A stretch of 64,000 nucleotides of DNA from Minisyncoccota bacterium (GCA_031413715.1 JANOFO010000011.1:18903-82902), one strand, 5' to 3'; numbered from the stretch's first letter, positions 26,804 through 37,208 are shown. Notes: a model not told the origin generated them from the letters alone. Translations and numbers: made by a program.

Positions 26804-27907
26804 ATGAAAACGACAATCAAAAAACTTGATAGAAGCGAGGTTGAGATATTGGGCGTTCTAAGTTGGGATGATTTTTCTAAATATGAAGATAAAGCTCTAA
26901 ATAAAATTAGCGAGCGATTAGAGCTACCTGGATTCCGCAAGGGCAAAGCGCCAGCAAACATTGTGAAGGAGAAAGTTACCGACATGATGATCCTAGAAGA
27001 AATGGCGGAGCTTGCACTTCATGATAAATATCAGAGTATCATTGAAGACAACGAGCTTGATGCAATCGGCCGACCACAGATAGCAATCACAAAGATTGCC
27101 AGAGGTTCTGATTTGGAATTCAAAATCGTAACGGCAGTGCTTCCAGAAATGAAACTCCCTGATTATAAAAAACTTGCAAAGACTAGTAGGGAGAAAAATC
27201 CAATCAAAGAAATCACTGTTGATGAAGCTGAAGTAGAGAAGACAATTCTTGAACTTCGTAAAATGAGAGCTTCCGCCGACACTAAAAAAGTTATGGCGGA
27301 CGAGCATCAAGCTATGCACGATAAAGGAATAGAGCATGACCACGATGTCAATAAAGACCTACTCGCCGAATCGCAAGCGGAGGAGGGACAATTGCCAGAA
27401 GCAGACGACGAATTTGCAAAAACATTTGGCGATTTTGCATCTATGGAAGCTTTCAAGGATAAAATTCGCAACAATATGAAAATAGAAAAGGAAACAGTAG
27501 AGAAGGATAAACTGCGCCTTTCTATTGTAGAAGAACTTTTAAAAGAAACTTCAGGCGATATTCCCGAGATATTGATTGAGAGTGAGACAGATAAAATTCT
27601 ATATCGCTTGCAAGCTGATATTACGAATGCAGGATTAAAATTTGAAGATTATTTGGTGCAGATAAGTAAAACAGAAGAAGATCTGCGAAAAGAATGGCGC
27701 ACTGATGCAGAAAAGAGAGCGAAACTTCAGATGATCATCCATACTATCTCAGTAAAGGAAAGTTTGAAGCCAAGTGAAGAAGAAATTGAAAAAGAAGTAA
27801 ACAATATAGTCACTATGTACAAAGATGCCGATCCCATGCGCGCTCGTGCCTATGTCGAGAACATGCTCGAGAATGAGAAAGTGTTTACATTTTTAGAAGC
27901 TCAATAA
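26804..27907 (+). CDS. tig: Trigger factor (short form)
   Basis: 367 aa; [16 protein letters not shown] signature. Confidence 0.85.
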   Translation: MKTTIKKLDRSEVEILGVLSWDDFSKYEDKALNKISERLELPGFRKGKAPANIVKEKVTDMMILEEMAELALHDKYQSIIEDNELDAIGRPQIAITKIARGSDLEFKIVTAVLPEMKLPDYKKLAKTSREKNPIKEITVDEAEVEKTILELRKMRASADTKKVMADEHQAMHDKGIEHDHDVNKDLLAESQAEEGQLPEADDEFAKTFGDFASMEAFKDKIRNNMKIEKETVEKDKLRLSIVEELLKETSGDIPEILIESETDKILYRLQADITNAGLKFEDYLVQISKTEEDLRKEWRTDAEKRAKLQMIIHTISVKESLKPSEEEIEKEVNNIVTMYKDADPMRARAYVENMLENEKVFTFLEAQ

Positions 27908-27961
27908 TTCTTGCCCCGTTGAAAGTTTCATGAGCATTCGTTATAAAACTTTCCTATGGGG

Positions 27962-27970
27962 TGCTATAAT
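27962..27970 (+). promoter_or_regulatory. Extended -10 element TGcTATAAT 7 nt upstream of the clpP ATG (leaderless start candidate)
   Basis: gggGTGCTATAATaaacaatATG. Confidence 0.4.
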
Positions 27971-27977
27971 AAACAAT

Positions 27978-28568
27978 ATGTTAATTCCAACAGTTATCGA
28001 AAAGACAATGAACGGCGAGCGAGCATACGACATATACTCTCGCCTGTTAAATGATCGTATTATATTCCTCGGCGGCCCGATAGATGACCATGTCGCAAAC
28101 CTGGTCATCGCCCAGCTACTTTACCTTGACCACAGTGATTCAAAAAAAGACATCCAGCTATATATAAACTCCCCTGGCGGCTCAGTTACCGCAGGTCTCG
28201 CGATTGCCGATACCATGAATTTTGTAAAAGCTGATGTTTCTACTATATGTGTAGGCATCGCCGCATCAATGGGTGCGCTTCTACTGTCTGCAGGAACAAA
28301 GGGCAAAAGATTCTCTCTACCCAACTCTGAAGTCATGATCCACCAAGTCATGGGCGGTGCCGAAGGCCAAGCATCAGATATCGAGATCAATGCCAAGCAT
28401 ATCCTCCGTACCAAGGAAACGCTTACCAAGATACTCGCCAAAAATACTGGCAAACCGTTTGCGCAAGTAGACAAAGATTCCGATCGTGATTACTACATGA
28501 CCGCCGACGAGGCCAAGAAGTACGGCATCATCGACGACATTGTTTCCAAGCCGAAAACTGGAAAATAA
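27978..28568 (+). CDS. clpP: ATP-dependent Clp protease proteolytic subunit
   Basis: [25 protein letters not shown]...[14 protein letters not shown]...MIHQ... Ser-His catalytic context. Confidence 0.9.
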   Translation: MLIPTVIEKTMNGERAYDIYSRLLNDRIIFLGGPIDDHVANLVIAQLLYLDHSDSKKDIQLYINSPGGSVTAGLAIADTMNFVKADVSTICVGIAASMGALLLSAGTKGKRFSLPNSEVMIHQVMGGAEGQASDIEINAKHILRTKETLTKILAKNTGKPFAQVDKDSDRDYYMTADEAKKYGIIDDIVSKPKTGK

Positions 28569-28588
28569 GAACTACAAAAAAATAATCG

Positions 28589-29629
28589 TTAAATACCGTT
28601 ATAATTCCTGCAAGAAAAAAGATACTGCTCGATGAATATATTTTTTATACTGAAAATTGAATTAGTCTCGTAAAATGTGAGCATCGCTTCTTTGTAAAGG
28701 GCTTCATTTACATTCCTATAGGAAAGTGGAGCCAAATTATGAGCGAGCAATACTGCATTTGTCACAAGACGAGCAGTTCTTTTGTTGCCATCTTCGAATG
28801 GTTGTATATAGCTGAGCCCTATCAGCATGAGTAGGGCTTTTTCGTATCTATTCGGCATTGCGTTCGTGGTTTTACAAAGTTTTTCAACCGCTTCTGTGAT
28901 CTGATGCACGTTATCAAGGGGGCGATAGTTAGAGCCGGTAATCCCCACCAAGCTCTTTCGCAACCCGTATGAAACATTCAAATCTTTAACCAAAATTTTG
29001 TGTACCTCTTCTATAAAAGCACTATTGATCTTTTCTGCTTTTTGTATATTGTCCAACACAAAATTAAAAGCATCTTTATGGTTGAGTATCATTGTAGCCT
29101 CTTCCATTGTATTGGTTTTCGATGCTATGCCGTCTTTCAATAATTTTTCAGTATTGAGCAACGTATACGTATTGCCTTCGATTTGTGAAGATTTCCAAGA
29201 AAGTTCAATAATAAAGCGCTCCAATTCTTTTTTGTGTATTATATCTGTTGCCGATTGCTTATTTTTTACATACTGTTTTGTCGATTCTTCTAAAGTTTCA
29301 GTTTCTTCATTTGTAAGTAGTGCAAATTTCGCCCCGTTGAACAGATCAAAATTGTAGCCCACTTCTCCTGACCTTTTATCTTGCTCAATACTGCAGTAGT
29401 CCTTCGCATCAAGAGGATTATGAATCTTGCCCAAAAGTGTGATCTCGTAGCCTAGGGAGCGGCCCTTGCCCACAGCAGATATAAACCCTGATTTTACCAG
29501 ATTTTGCAGATCTCTTTTTACCGTAATCAAAGATACTTCTTCCTTTAATTCTTTTCTAAGCAAGGAAGAAGGCATGCTTCTATTTTTACGGATAACTCCC
29601 AATAGCTGTTTTTGCCTGTTATTCATCAT
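28589..29629 (-). CDS. Fic-family protein with N-terminal wHTH domain
   Basis: HPFEDGNKRTARL Fic motif (GNG->GNK variant); N-terminal ~60 aa HTH-like. Confidence 0.8.
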   Translation of the reverse strand: MMNNRQKQLLGVIRKNRSMPSSLLRKELKEEVSLITVKRDLQNLVKSGFISAVGKGRSLGYEITLLGKIHNPLDAKDYCSIEQDKRSGEVGYNFDLFNGAKFALLTNEETETLEESTKQYVKNKQSATDIIHKKELERFIIELSWKSSQIEGNTYTLLNTEKLLKDGIASKTNTMEEATMILNHKDAFNFVLDNIQKAEKINSAFIEEVHKILVKDLNVSYGLRKSLVGITGSNYRPLDNVHQITEAVEKLCKTTNAMPNRYEKALLMLIGLSYIQPFEDGNKRTARLVTNAVLLAHNLAPLSYRNVNEALYKEAMLTFYETNSIFSIKNIFIEQYLFSCRNYNGI

Positions 29630-29637
29630 ATTTTATT

Positions 29638-29683
29638 CGTATCATTTCTATACCCTAATCGTATCATTTTGATACGATTAGGG
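29638..29683. promoter_or_regulatory. Putative operator: 14-bp perfect inverted repeat CCCTAATCGTATCA-ttt-TGATACGATTAGGG plus an extra half-site TCGTATCATTT, immediately upstream of fic
   Basis: Seen directly at 29653-29683 and 29638-29648. Confidence 0.55.
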
Positions 29684-29926
29684 CAACAGTTTGGTAAAGT
29701 AGATATTTTCCTCACATTTACACCAAAGAGAATACTATGGAAGTATCGGGCGACGCCAAGGAGAGAGATTTTGTAAGAATAACTAGATGTAAATACTTAC
29801 AAGCACTGCCCATTCCTCCACCGCAAAAACTCTCTTTGATGCAAGTGTGAAAAGCAAATTTGTCATACAATAAATAAGGAGGTGCGAGAGTTTCTGGCAT
29901 AACGTAAAAATGATATAGTAGTAATT

Positions 29927-30682
29927 ATGGATGCACTGTTTTTAATCGCCATTTTAATAATTTTCTCCTTATTATTTTTTTTGGGGAACCGAAGAAAAAA
30001 TCTTACCGAAGAATCTTTTATTTCGATTGTTAACCATACCTTCCGAACCCCGCTAACAAGGATCAAGTGGATGAGTGAAACGTTGGCTCAAGATATACCC
30101 CGCAGGGAACAGTTAGAGATTGCCCGCGATGTATCGAACTCTGTAAATAGACTTCTGGAAATTATTGACACTCTCTCTGGGATCAGAGACATAAATAGTA
30201 GTGCTTCATATCAACTGCGTGCAGTTTCTTTGCGCGAGATATTAGAACAAGCTGTCGCTAAATTCGGAATTCCACTGACTGAGAAGAAACTCACCATACA
30301 GATGCCCTCACTTCAAGACATGCCGCTTTTGTCAGTTGATACAAAAAAAATTACTTTCGTCATCGAGTCAATACTTGAAAATGCTATTTTGTATTCAAAT
30401 AAAGGCGGTAGTATAAAAATAGAATCCGAACTAAAGGATGGGTATATCAAACTTGCAATTACTGATAACGGAATCGGACTCACGGGTAAAGATAAGAGAA
30501 ATATATTTGATCGCTTTTATCGAGGTGAACGTGCAAAGAAAATGAATATACACGGTATGGGTCTTGGCCTCTACATTTCCCGCGTGATTATAAAGCGTCA
30601 TGGAGGCAAAATACATGCAAAATCAAAAGGCAAGGACAAAGGCACAGTATTTTATATCAAACTCCCAAGTAAAAAGGGTTGA
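29927..30682 (+). CDS. Compact membrane sensor histidine kinase (HisKA plus HATPase_c), no adjacent response regulator
   Basis: N-terminal TM; H-box NHTFRTPLTRI; N, G1 (DNGIGL) and G2 (GMGLGL) boxes. Confidence 0.8.
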   Translation: MDALFLIAILIIFSLLFFLGNRRKNLTEESFISIVNHTFRTPLTRIKWMSETLAQDIPRREQLEIARDVSNSVNRLLEIIDTLSGIRDINSSASYQLRAVSLREILEQAVAKFGIPLTEKKLTIQMPSLQDMPLLSVDTKKITFVIESILENAILYSNKGGSIKIESELKDGYIKLAITDNGIGLTGKDKRNIFDRFYRGERAKKMNIHGMGLGLYISRVIIKRHGGKIHAKSKGKDKGTVFYIKLPSKKG

Positions 30683-30896
30683 TCTCGACAAAAGTCCGAC
30701 TTTGCGGTATTATGAGAGTATCGAATTTTAACAGTTTAGTTGGTGTCCACTTTTAAGATACGGTTTATCTTTTACTGCGATTGATTATTTTATTCTATGA
30801 ACAAACATTTCTCTTTAATTCTGTGTGGATCTAAGAATATCAAAGATATAACTCGCCCATAAGCGTGCGTATTTTCCGAGTGACACTGTCACTTTT

Positions 30897-32423
30897 ATGA
30901 GTTTAACTGGAATTATAATTAGTGTTCTTGCACTTTTGGTAGGAGTCGGTGTCGGGTACTATTTGCGCCTGATTATTTCGCTTGGTCGCAAGGGTTCTAT
31001 GGAACTTGAGATCAAGCAGGTCATGCTCGGCGCAAAAGAAGAAGCACAGAAGGTCGTAGACGAAGCTAAAAAGAAAGCCGAGGAGAAGCTTGAGGAATCA
31101 CAAGCAACTGCCATCAAAAAAGAAGGTGAGTGGAAAGAGACAGAGCACCGTTTAATAAAAAAAGAAGAACTCCTTGATGCTAGGCAAGTAGAAATAGATC
31201 GCGAAGTTGAGAATATAAAAATCAAGGTTGAAGAAGTAAAGAAAGTCAAAGACCGTGTCGACAATATGCAATCTGAAAAGGAAGCTGAGCTACAAAAGAT
31301 CGCTCACCTATCTACAGAAGATGCTCGTGAGACACTATTTAAGAATATTGAGAATAAATACGAAGAAGATCTACTTGTGCGTATGCAGAAAATGGAGACG
31401 ACAAATACTGAGAAGCTTGATCGTCGTGCCAAAGACATACTTGCTGCATCTATAAACCGTCTTGCCTCTTCTACTGCAAGCGAGATGATGACTACATCGG
31501 TCAATATTCCGAATGATGAGATCAAAGGTAAAATCATTGGTAAAGAAGGCCGTAATATCCGTGCATTTGAACGTGCCTCAGGTGTCGAACTCATTATAGA
31601 CGAGACTCCGGGAGCAATTGTTATATCATCATTTGATCCAGTACGAAGACAGGTAGCCCGCCTTGCGCTTGAGAATCTTATTCTCGACGGCAGAATTCAG
31701 CCTGCAAAGATTGAAGAAGTTGTAGTGAAAGCTCAAGAGGATATAAATAAAATTATCAAAGACAAAGGCGACCAAGCAGTATACGAATGTGGCATATTCA
31801 ACCTCGACCCTCGCATCGTAGCTATAGTCGGACGCTTGTACTTCCGTACATCTTATGGGCAGAATGTTCTCCAGCACTCTATAGAGATGGCACATATCGC
31901 TGGAATGCTTGCTGAAGAGCTCGGTGGAGATTTGCAAATTGCTAAAGCCGGCGCACTCGTCCACGATATCGGTAAAGCGCTCGACCATGAAGTCCAAGGC
32001 ACGCACATAGACATTGGTATCCGCATCCTTCAGAAATTTGGCGCTGATCCACGTATCATTGTAGCCATGAAAAGCCATCACGACGATTGTCCTCATGAAT
32101 CTATCGAGGCAGTCATCGTGCAAACAGCCGATATGATCTCGGGTGGACGTCCTGGTGCTCGCCGTGACAGTGTTGAGAACTACATCAAACGCTTGCAAGA
32201 CCTCGAAGCTATAACCAAGACATTCGAAGGCGTCGAGAAGTCTTATGCTCTCGCTGCTGGACGTGAAATCCGCATCTTTGTCACTCCAGAGAAAGTAAAC
32301 GACATCGAAGCCAAGAATATGGCCCGCGACATTGCCAAAAAGATCGAACAAGAACTCAAATATCCGGGTGAAATCAAAGTCACCATGATTCGCGAGAATA
32401 GGATTATAGAATACGCAAGATAA
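30897..32423 (+). CDS. rny: Ribonuclease Y
   Basis: N-terminal TM, coiled coil, KH (GKEGRNIRAFE) and HD (ALVHDIGKA) domains. Confidence 0.9.
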   Translation: MSLTGIIISVLALLVGVGVGYYLRLIISLGRKGSMELEIKQVMLGAKEEAQKVVDEAKKKAEEKLEESQATAIKKEGEWKETEHRLIKKEELLDARQVEIDREVENIKIKVEEVKKVKDRVDNMQSEKEAELQKIAHLSTEDARETLFKNIENKYEEDLLVRMQKMETTNTEKLDRRAKDILAASINRLASSTASEMMTTSVNIPNDEIKGKIIGKEGRNIRAFERASGVELIIDETPGAIVISSFDPVRRQVARLALENLILDGRIQPAKIEEVVVKAQEDINKIIKDKGDQAVYECGIFNLDPRIVAIVGRLYFRTSYGQNVLQHSIEMAHIAGMLAEELGGDLQIAKAGALVHDIGKALDHEVQGTHIDIGIRILQKFGADPRIIVAMKSHHDDCPHESIEAVIVQTADMISGGRPGARRDSVENYIKRLQDLEAITKTFEGVEKSYALAAGREIRIFVTPEKVNDIEAKNMARDIAKKIEQELKYPGEIKVTMIRENRIIEYAR

Positions 32424-32454
32424 GAATTATTAAATAATAGTAATCTAAAGATAT

Positions 32455-32808
32455 ATGACAAATTTCACAGGTAAACCAAATTTTGATAGATTTATTCAAA
32501 ATAATCCAAAATCAGAGCAGGTAATAAATAAGTATAAGGAGGAATACTTAAAAGAATGGGGAGATCAGAACAATACCTCAGCAGATAACAATTTCATGAG
32601 AGCTGAAGCGTGGAAAGTTGCAGTTGGTTCTCCAGAAATGTTAGAAGCATTTCATCAAGCACGAGAAGAATACATAAAAGATCTTGAAAATAAACTAAAA
32701 AAGTTGAGCTCAGCAAAAGCAGGTGGCGAAAAAAGTGATTTATATGTCGAAGAAGGTGCTCTTCTTTCTAGAAAAGAAGATGTGTTCAGTGGAGAGCAAG
32801 CAGCTTAG
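32455..32808 (+). CDS. Hypothetical protein
   Basis: 117 aa ORF, charged, no motif. Confidence 0.5.
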   Translation: MTNFTGKPNFDRFIQNNPKSEQVINKYKEEYLKEWGDQNNTSADNNFMRAEAWKVAVGSPEMLEAFHQAREEYIKDLENKLKKLSSAKAGGEKSDLYVEEGALLSRKEDVFSGEQAA

Positions 32809-32823
32809 ATTAGATAACAAACT

Positions 32824-32848
32824 AAAAATCCCCTTATAGGGGATTTTT
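32824..32848. terminator. Bidirectional hairpin aaaaatcccct-tat-aggggattttt between convergent genes
   Basis: 11-bp stem with A/T runs on both sides. Confidence 0.65.
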
Positions 32849-32850
32849 AG

Positions 32851-33243
32851 TTACACCTCTTCTCTTTTAAGTACCAAAAGATTTAAATGGAAATGCCCAG
32901 GTACAGTCTGTCCTTTTGGAAGATTTTCCCAGATTACATCATAATGCTCAGATAAATAATCTTTCTTTATTGCATTGAATTCATCCAACTCTTCTGGTGT
33001 CAGCAGGTCCCAGTTGAAGGCGACTTCCCTCTTGGTAGATATTATATGGCTAGTAGTAGCGATAGCATCATAGGGGTATTTGTTCTCGATTATCACCCAA
33101 TGTTCGAATTCTTTTACTAAACATGATTTCCAGTCCAAGAACGGGTTAGTTCGAGTCCCTTTCTCTTCAAGCTCTCTCATATCAGACATGTATTTCGTCA
33201 TCATTTCATCTGATCGCAAAAATGTTCGGGTTATATTTAACAT
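32851..33243 (-). CDS. Hypothetical protein, possibly HIT-like fold
   Basis: 130 aa; C-terminal PGHFHLNLLVL resembles a degenerate HIT His motif; weak. Confidence 0.4.
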   Translation of the reverse strand: MLNITRTFLRSDEMMTKYMSDMRELEEKGTRTNPFLDWKSCLVKEFEHWVIIENKYPYDAIATTSHIISTKREVAFNWDLLTPEELDEFNAIKKDYLSEHYDVIWENLPKGQTVPGHFHLNLLVLKREEV

Positions 33244-33358
33244 ACTACAATTTATTATATCATGATATCTATTACTTAGAATAAATCCACCCCATAGGCA
33301 AGACCTATGGGGTGGAGGAATGTTCGTGTATTTCGCATATGGAGGATTATATCATATA

Positions 33359-33391
33359 AAAAGACAGCACTTGGTGCTGTCTTTTTGTTTT
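33359..33391. terminator. Hairpin gacagcac-ttgg-gtgctgtc with T-runs on both strands
   Basis: Downstream of the 33391-33714 minus-strand gene; a second GC hairpin ccaccccatagg / cctatggggtgg lies at 33287-33316. Confidence 0.55.
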
Positions 33392-33714
33392 TACTCAAGC
33401 TTTAATTCATAGCAAACTTTTTTACCTTTCATAGAAACACAGTGTATCCAATAAACATTAGTTACATAATTAACTTGGAAACCATTTTGCTTTAAAAACT
33501 CAGTGGCTTTGTCACGGAAACAACAGACTAATGATTCCTCTTCTTTAATTTCCATAAAAGATGAAGAGTTATTAATCTTGGTAAATACTCTTACTGCAAG
33601 TAAATTTTCTTCATTAGTTAGTGGAATATTATACGTATCAGTATTTTTATTACAACTAACCAATTTTAAACTGATCTTTTTCATTTTAGTTGGTTTTAGA
33701 TTTTTGAAGAGCAA
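33391..33714 (-). CDS. Hypothetical protein
   Basis: 107 aa ORF. Confidence 0.45.
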   Translation of the reverse strand: MLFKNLKPTKMKKISLKLVSCNKNTDTYNIPLTNEENLLAVRVFTKINNSSSFMEIKEEESLVCCFRDKATEFLKQNGFQVNYVTNVYWIHCVSMKGKKVCYELKLE

Positions 33715-33723
33715 TAAAATTAT

Positions 33724-33996
33724 TTAATCAAAGAAATAGGTTAGACTGCCGAGATAACACCACTCAAACCAACCATCAATTTTCTTTAAAATCAGCTTCT
33801 TGTATTTAGGTATTGAAATTATTACCCCAAAGTATAGTAGCCATAAAATTAATATTGGATTCAAATAGCAAGCGATCAAGACAAGCAAAAGGATTAACCC
33901 ACCAGCAAATAATCCTATGAACAACAACGACATTGTTGTAATACAAGATAGTATTCGCAGTGTGCTAATACCAATTTCAAATAATTTATTTTTCAT
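33724..33996 (-). CDS. Small integral membrane protein (2-3 TM)
   Basis: 90 aa, strongly hydrophobic. Confidence 0.5.
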   Translation of the reverse strand: MKNKLFEIGISTLRILSCITTMSLLFIGLFAGGLILLLVLIACYLNPILILWLLYFGVIISIPKYKKLILKKIDGWFEWCYLGSLTYFFD

Positions 33997-34132
33997 ATGC
34001 GTTAAGTTTTAATTTACACAAATTATCACATGAATTTCATATTCTGTCATATATGTCGACACTATCTATAATATTGCTATTATATTCATGTAGTGTATGA
34101 TGATAATGTTGTCTAATTAATCTGACAGAATT

Positions 34133-34882
34133 ATGAAAAATGAACAATTAGTGAGTATTTTAAATGATACAGGTCTCACAGAAAATGAGGCGCAGGTGTA
34201 TTTGACTTCCCTCTCTTTAGGCCCAACTACTATATTAAGAATTGCAAAATCGTCAGGGATTCGTCGAACCACTGTTTACTCGGTGGTAGAAACACTCAAG
34301 AACAAGGGTTTGATGCATATCAAGCCTGTAGGACTCAAGCAACTCTATGTAGCCGAGCATCCGGATCGACTTGAGAGCATAATTGAGAGTAAGAAGCGTT
34401 CTTTGCAGAAATTATTGCCTGAATTTACTGCACTTTATAATCTAAAAGGTGGAGAAAGCACTGTTAAGTACTATGAAGGACTAAATGCCGTAAAAAATAT
34501 TTACGAAACGATCCTTGATCCATTAAAACCTAATGATGACTATCTTGTAATCTCAGATCTTGAAAAATTTTTTGTAAAGATAGATAAGAAATATTTCGAA
34601 GAATTCCTAGAAAAGCGTATAAAATCAAGGGTAAAAGCGAGATTGATAGCCACAGATTCAGAAAAGTCTCGATATATGAAGCAGTATGCCAAAAATATGA
34701 ATCATGAAGTGAGAATTCTCCCTGAGGGTTCGAAACTTTCAGTAGATACCATGATAACTCCTCAGAAGGTCACAATTTTCAACATGGACGAGCCTGTTTC
34801 AGCCATAAGCTTGGAAAATAAGGCTATGATAGAGATGCATAAAGAGCTTTTCGAGATTATTTGGCGGTCATTACCCGAATAA
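34133..34882 (+). CDS. TrmB-family transcriptional regulator (paralog 1 of 4)
   Basis: N-terminal LGLTENEAQVYLTSLSLGPTTILRIAKSSGIRRTTVYSVVETLKNKGL HTH typical of TrmB; ~170-aa C-terminal domain. Confidence 0.75.
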   Translation: MKNEQLVSILNDTGLTENEAQVYLTSLSLGPTTILRIAKSSGIRRTTVYSVVETLKNKGLMHIKPVGLKQLYVAEHPDRLESIIESKKRSLQKLLPEFTALYNLKGGESTVKYYEGLNAVKNIYETILDPLKPNDDYLVISDLEKFFVKIDKKYFEEFLEKRIKSRVKARLIATDSEKSRYMKQYAKNMNHEVRILPEGSKLSVDTMITPQKVTIFNMDEPVSAISLENKAMIEMHKELFEIIWRSLPE

Positions 34883-35039
34883 ATTGCCTTTATATATCAA
34901 CACCTTTTGAGCTTGCGTCAAAATCCCCTTGGTATATAATAAGATTATCCTGTTTAAAGGACCACGTGTGCACAGGGTCGAATATTATTCAGATAGTATT
35001 CTCACATTTTTCACAAAGATTGGTGTGGGCAAAGAAATA

Positions 35040-35312
35040 ATGAATAAACAAGCATTAGTTGAATGGGTTCATGGCAAAATCGGCGGTACAAAAGTACAGG
35101 CTGAAGAAGTTGTGAACGGTATGTTTGATGCTATTGTCGCTACTTTGAAAAAAGGCGACGAAGTATCAATTGCAGGAATCGGAATCTTTTCAGTCAAGCA
35201 ACGCGCAGCTCGTATGGCTCGCAATCCAAAGACTGGAGCAGCAGTAAAAGTGGCTGCAACAAAGGTTCCAAAGTTCAGAGCTGCAAAGGCTTTGAAAGAT
35301 GCTGTAAAATAA
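35040..35312 (+). CDS. hup: DNA-binding protein HU
   Basis: MNKQALVEWV...GFGTFSV-like core (GIGIFSVKQRAARMARNPKTG); start at internal ATG 35040. Confidence 0.85.
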   Translation: MNKQALVEWVHGKIGGTKVQAEEVVNGMFDAIVATLKKGDEVSIAGIGIFSVKQRAARMARNPKTGAAVKVAATKVPKFRAAKALKDAVK

Positions 35313-35333
35313 TTTTTTTATACATATTAAAAT

Positions 35334-35364
35334 ACCACTCTATTCTATCCATGAGTGGTTTTTT
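35334..35364 (+). terminator. Rho-independent terminator after hup
   Basis: accactc-(12 nt)-gagtggt followed by TTTTT. Confidence 0.55.
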
Positions 35365-35398
35365 AATGCCTGGTCATTTACATAGTGGTATAATATAA

Positions 35399-35575
35399 AT
35401 GACATTCGATATTTGGCTATATAAAAAACTGCTTATGATAAATATACTTTTGTATCATTTAGATCAAGCTGTTAGGTTTGCTAGGGGGTTTGGAATTTGG
35501 ATTTTATTTCTTGCAGTATTTTTTACTTTTCAAAATATTATAGGAAAACGCAAACTTAAAAAGAAACAACAATAG
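35399..35575 (+). CDS. Candidate small membrane protein (58 aa), possibly leaderless
   Basis: ORF MTFDIWLYKKLLMINILLYHLDQAVRFARGFGIWILFLAVFFTFQNIIGKRKLKKKQQ preceded by tgGTATAAT; one TM; not in the ORF track (<60 aa). Confidence 0.25.
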   Translation: MTFDIWLYKKLLMINILLYHLDQAVRFARGFGIWILFLAVFFTFQNIIGKRKLKKKQQ

Positions 35576-35660
35576 TAAGTTATTTCTTGCAAGCATTCGT
35601 CAGTTGGATCGTGGGTTGCTCTCGGGCAGCCCACTTTTTATATTCTAAAAGAAAAAGCTG

Positions 35661-36467
35661 CTATTTTTTAATTTCCTTAAGGAAACTCTCACCATCTTTT
35701 TCTTGTCCGACAAGCCTTTTAGACGATTTCCACACAAGCTCAAATTGCGAAGACAACATTTCCACGAATTCATTACTTTCAACTATAAATCCAAATGACT
35801 CCTTTTTTGAGGAAATAAATGCTACTTTATTTCCATATATCCAATAACCCATCGAAAAGGCAATTTCTGGGGGTGCAATGCGGATTTCTCTAAAAAATTT
35901 ATCTCCTCCTCCCATAAAAGTAAGCTTTTTTATATCTACTACCTGTGTTTCTGGCCATATTGCCCGTACGTATATTCTTTGCCTAACACGTTCTATATTG
36001 AGGTTTTTAAAATACTCTTCAGAGATGTTTTCAATGATAGACTTAATCGGCCAGTATGACATTGTTTGAATATCTCTATACAGAAGTACATCTTTTAAGA
36101 TATTTCTGAGCCCTTCCTTACCTTCAAAGAGTTGAAATTTTGGGCTTGTTGTCACTCCCCCTAATTTAATATGATCAAAGGTTTTTATAATATCATCCTT
36201 CCCTTTCTCTAATTCATTTATACGTTCTTCCAAGATTGAAACTAGCATATCTTTTGAATTTGCAATAAAAGTTTTCACTCCATTTTTTTGAGATTCGGTT
36301 ACAATACCAAGTTTTTGCAACTTACGCACAAACCCATATAAAGAAGGACGAGAAAGTCCGGTTTTCTTTGCTAAATTGCCAGCAGTTTGTTCACCGTTTT
36401 CCAAAAGAAAAAGAAATACTTTTATCTCTTGATTCTTGAGTCCAAGCTTGGATAGAATCTTTTCCAT
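35661..36467 (-). CDS. TrmB-family transcriptional regulator (paralog 2 of 4)
   Basis: LGLKNQEIKVFLFLLENGEQTAGNLAKKTGLSRPSLYGFVRKLQKLGIV HTH. Confidence 0.75.
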   Translation of the reverse strand: MEKILSKLGLKNQEIKVFLFLLENGEQTAGNLAKKTGLSRPSLYGFVRKLQKLGIVTESQKNGVKTFIANSKDMLVSILEERINELEKGKDDIIKTFDHIKLGGVTTSPKFQLFEGKEGLRNILKDVLLYRDIQTMSYWPIKSIIENISEEYFKNLNIERVRQRIYVRAIWPETQVVDIKKLTFMGGGDKFFREIRIAPPEIAFSMGYWIYGNKVAFISSKKESFGFIVESNEFVEMLSSQFELVWKSSKRLVGQEKDGESFLKEIKK

Positions 36468-36590
36468 ATTTGAATTTTAACAAAATGTGGTATGTTGTCA
36501 AATTTGTACAACAGTATTTACATGTATTGACAACTTGTATATACTATGTCTGAAATAAATTCATTCCAATCAAATAAAAAATAAATAATT

Positions 36591-37073
36591 ATGAAAAAAT
36601 TATTTTTCTTGCTGACTTCTCTACTCATAGTAGGATTTAGTTTTTCTCAAAACTCTAAAAAAGGATTGCAGAAAATAACCTTCGGCGTCGTGTTTCCAGT
36701 CGCCGCTAACACATCGTTCGAAGGAACAGAAAAGCCATTTACGGTAGGATTTAATTTACTTCCAAACATATGCTTTGTAACGTCCAGTACATATCACAAC
36801 TTTTTATATAGTATGGGAGACAATGCATTAAGAATGATAAACGGAGGTAAAATAAAGGAAGATCTGGGGTTATATATTGCTCTTGCTAAAAATTTAAGCT
36901 CATCTGGCGGATATGCAGGTGTTGGTATTGAAAAATTCATCCCTGCTGCTCCAGGTGTAACATTCTTTCTTTTTGTAGAGGGAGGAAGAAATATTGTTCC
37001 CACAAATTCCAAAAACGTTCTAAAAATTGGATTTCATTTAAATATCCAATCTATTCTTTGGAAAAAGAAATGA
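36591..37073 (+). CDS. Secreted hypothetical protein
   Basis: Signal peptide MKKLFFLLTSLLIVGFSFSQ; strong AGGA-less start but clear ORF. Confidence 0.5.
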   Translation: MKKLFFLLTSLLIVGFSFSQNSKKGLQKITFGVVFPVAANTSFEGTEKPFTVGFNLLPNICFVTSSTYHNFLYSMGDNALRMINGGKIKEDLGLYIALAKNLSSSGGYAGVGIEKFIPAAPGVTFFLFVEGGRNIVPTNSKNVLKIGFHLNIQSILWKKK

Positions 37074-37095
37074 TGTAATCAGAAATTCCTTACCG

Positions 37096-37123
37096 CAGGA
37101 TGCCATTGGCATCCTGTTTTTTT
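37096..37123 (+). terminator. Rho-independent terminator
   Basis: caggatgcc-attg-gcatcctg followed by TTTTTTT. Confidence 0.65.
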
Positions 37124-37137
37124 ATTTACAAAATCTG

Positions 37138-37208
37138 TGCGGGATAAGAGAATCGAACTCTTGCCAGCAGTTTGGAAAACTGCAGTTCTACCACTAAACT
37201 AATCCCGC
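37138..37208 (-). tRNA. tRNA-Gly (anticodon UCC), no encoded CCA
   Basis: Hand-folded cloverleaf: acceptor GCGGGAT/ATCCCGC, anticodon stem GCAGT/ACTGC with loop TTTCCAA, T-arm AAGAG-TTCGATT-CTCTT. Confidence 0.8.

Noticed and set aside
29718-29900. 60-aa minus-strand ORF between fic and the histidine kinase
   Set aside because: Lies in the likely promoter region of both genes; no motif or conservation signal visible; probably non-coding.
33317-33390. ~30-aa plus-strand ORF (MFVYFAYGGLYHIKRQHLVLSFCF...) after a GGAGGA
   Set aside because: SD-ATG spacing is zero and the ORF runs through the terminator hairpin; more likely non-coding.
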